DNA of 64,000 nucleotides, from NCBI GenBank assembly GCA_048940925.1, contig JBHLOC010000010.1:14051-78050 (forward strand). Reading direction: 5' to 3'. The notes beneath the pieces were generated by a model. The model was not told the origin of the DNA. It searched no databases and saw nothing but the letters and a program-made list of their open reading frames with translations. Source of the stretch: Promethearchaeota archaeon (GTDB taxonomy: Archaea; Asgardarchaeota; Lokiarchaeia; Sigyniarchaeales; SOKP01). Shown in pieces: positions 62,175 through 64,000 of this stretch. Both the position numbers and the translations under genes were made by a program. The first letter of the stretch is position 1. Each line of letters begins with the position of its first letter.

Positions 62175-62921
62175 ATGAAGTTAAATATTCCTAAATTTTA
62201 TAAAACTAATTTTTTGTTGATCATTTCTCTTGTAATGTTGGTACTCAACCTATCTTTTATTATAATAGGAACTTCATTTAATTTCTTTATTTGGGATGAA
62301 CCTAACAGAATTGTATACATCATATTTTTTTATCATGTTTCAGGAGCTTGGCTGGCTTATTTTTCATTTGGAATCAGCTTGATCTCTCATATTATCTATC
62401 TACGGAATAAAAAGATCTTATTTAGCCAAATTGGAAAAAATAGTGTAATTGTAGGTGTTTTTTTTACAGCATTTGCTTTAATAACTGGATCTTTATGGTT
62501 TAATGCAACCTCTGGCGGTTATAGCAATAATATAAATGCTTATTGGCAGTGGAGTGATGGTAGACAAATTATGACTTTTGTTTTGCTAGTATCCTATTTA
62601 GCGTTCTTAATTTTCAGAAGTATGATTGAAGATAAAGAAAAAAAAGCAAGGTTATCATCAGCTTTAGGTATCGCATTATTTCCTACAGTACCTTTAAGTT
62701 ATTTTTCGGCAATAATATTTGAATCTTTACACGTATTAATTAGCCCAACTCCAGGTGAACCTGGAAATATATATTTGGATCCCGTTAAAATTTTTATATT
62801 ACTTTTTAATTTAATAGCGATGACTATTTTTTTTGTGTATGTTGTCCAGAAATTAGTTACTTTAGATAAAGCAAATGAAAAATTAGATAAAATTATTCAA
62901 AAAAGATTAATGGAGGAATAA
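62175..62921 (+). CDS. ccmC: Cytochrome c maturation heme exporter CcmC
   Basis: IIFFYHVSGAW (His1), TGSLW...YWQWSDGRQ (WWD-like), ESLH (His2), about 6 TM. Confidence 0.85.
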   Translation: MKLNIPKFYKTNFLLIISLVMLVLNLSFIIIGTSFNFFIWDEPNRIVYIIFFYHVSGAWLAYFSFGISLISHIIYLRNKKILFSQIGKNSVIVGVFFTAFALITGSLWFNATSGGYSNNINAYWQWSDGRQIMTFVLLVSYLAFLIFRSMIEDKEKKARLSSALGIALFPTVPLSYFSAIIFESLHVLISPTPGEPGNIYLDPVKIFILLFNLIAMTIFFVYVVQKLVTLDKANEKLDKIIQKRLMEE

Positions 62922-62925
62922 ATAA

Positions 62926-63078
62926 ATGTCAATAGAATTGCTTGAACGAGATTTAATAACAATTAGTATTAGTTATTTATTATTTTGGATTATAATAATA
63001 ATTTTGATTGTTTATCCGATCATTAAATTAAATAAAACATTAAGAAGAATCAGAAGTTTAGAAAAAAATATAAGTTAA
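62926..63078 (+). CDS. CcmD-like small membrane protein (not in ORF track)
   Basis: MSIELLERDLITISISYLLFWIIIIILIVYPIIKLNKTLRRIRSLEKNIS*; one TM with Y...W, basic tail, located between ccmC and ccmE. Confidence 0.65.
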   Translation: MSIELLERDLITISISYLLFWIIIIILIVYPIIKLNKTLRRIRSLEKNIS

Positions 63079-63093
63079 ATAATCAGGAGATAA

Positions 63094-63438
63094 ATGAGTT
63101 TGAAGAAATCAAAAATTATTGCTGTAATTGGGATAGTTGCATCAATTATAGTTATAATATCGTTAGTAACAATAAATACAAGACCATATCTTCGAGTATC
63201 TCAAGTTGCAATAAAACCATCTAAATATTATAACAAAGAAATTCAAGTAATTGGGATTGTAAAAGGTTTTTCTGGGGGAAATTTTAATTTAACTGAAAAT
63301 GCAGATAGTATAACCATCGATATCAACGGTATTTCTCCACCAAATGATTTAGAAAATGGAATAAAAGTAGTTGTTTCAGGAAGATTTGTTTCATCATTAA
63401 ATTTAGTTGCAAATCAAATCCTTACCCAATGCAGTTGA
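63094..63438 (+). CDS. ccmE: Heme chaperone CcmE (Cys-type), C-terminally truncated
   Basis: TM, PYLRVSQV, IQVIGIV, P.DLENGIKVVVSG, ANQILTQCS*. Confidence 0.8.
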   Translation: MSLKKSKIIAVIGIVASIIVIISLVTINTRPYLRVSQVAIKPSKYYNKEIQVIGIVKGFSGGNFNLTENADSITIDINGISPPNDLENGIKVVVSGRFVSSLNLVANQILTQCS

Positions 63439-63445
63439 TCTATTT

Positions 63446-64000
63446 TTAATCGTACAGTAAAGTTTGGGAAAGTAGAATTATAATTGAAATCATAAGAGCA
63501 ATATGGGCTAGTAGAAATATAATTTCATAAAAAACGTCTGATATTGAATAACCTCCTAATAACTTTATATTTAAAGAAATTATAGGCGTTATAATAGGCA
63601 AAATTAGAGGAAATAACAGAATTGGTAGAATAAAAGATTTATTTTTAACATACATAGAAAAAGCCGAAACTAAACTTCCGCATATTGATAAATCAAATGT
63701 GGGTAATAAAATTCCAATAATAATATAATTTAAAAACTGAATCACATTTAAATTAATTTGAGTAGTAATATTTCCTTCAATAATAGCAGGGGCTGATAAA
63801 AAAGAACTGGTAAGGAATAAAATTGCTTCGACAAAAATCAATAATATTAGACAGAAAAGGATCTTACTTAAAAGGATTATATTACCTGAAACGGGGGATG
63901 TGATCAAGCCACCAAGTGTTCCAGTTTCTTTTTCTTTAACAAATAATTTAACCATGATATAGATAAGAGTAAAAAAAATAATTATCCAGTTTTCAATAAC
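63446..64000 (-). CDS. ccmB: Heme exporter CcmB (5' end beyond window)
   Basis: FVKEKETGTL.GL..SP, ILPILLFPLILPI; frame open to the window edge. Confidence 0.8.
   Translation of the reverse strand, partial: VIENWIIIFFTLIYIMVKLFVKEKETGTLGGLITSPVSGNIILLSKILFCLILLIFVEAILFLTSSFLSAPAIIEGNITTQINLNVIQFLNYIIIGILLPTFDLSICGSLVSAFSMYVKNKSFILPILLFPLILPIITPIISLNIKLLGGYSISDVFYEIIFLLAHIALMISIIILLSQTLLYD

Noticed and set aside
63436-63438. ccmE TGA as selenocysteine (C-S-U)
   Set aside because: Readthrough gives no conserved motif, runs into the antisense ccmB, and no SECIS-like structure is evident.
1-64000. CRISPR arrays, rRNA genes, integrases or intact IS elements
   Set aside because: No regularly spaced repeats, rRNA-like tracts or transposase/integrase ORFs were seen.

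Overview
A very AT-rich, gene-dense archaeal window, almost certainly from an Asgard archaeon (Lokiarchaeia/Promethearchaeota). The evidence is four Ras-superfamily small GTPases fused to longin/uDENN-like and roadblock domains, stand-alone longin and roadblock proteins, ribosomal protein L13e, and an archaeosortase with IPG[F/Y]-TM-basic tailed substrates. Housekeeping genes include ppsA, ADP-forming acetate-CoA ligase, aminotransferase, Ogg, EndoV, cyclophilin and tRNA-Pro. The right end (51-64 kb) is a redox island. It carries cooC and hypC; a group-3 hydrogenase/Hdr operon (mvhG-mvhA-vhuU-hdrC-hdrB) whose C-terminal Ni-ligand peptide is an unlisted 49-aa UGA-containing selenoprotein with a structured SECIS-like 3' element; a divergent, near-identical pair of Cys-tailed Lrp/AsnC regulators; and two secreted paralogs whose only cysteine sits in a non-canonical HxxCH motif, directly upstream of ccmC, ccmD and a truncated ccmE, with ccmB convergent. 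This HxxCH + variant Ccm cluster is my best candidate for an undescribed system. Other oddities: two genes apparently needing non-canonical start codons, a frameshifted solute-binding protein, an NrdD paralog lacking its radical domain, an MvhG with a duplicated Fe-S module, a tRNA with C33, and an intergenic three-way-junction RNA candidate. All family assignments come from motif recognition by eye; no database searches were run.
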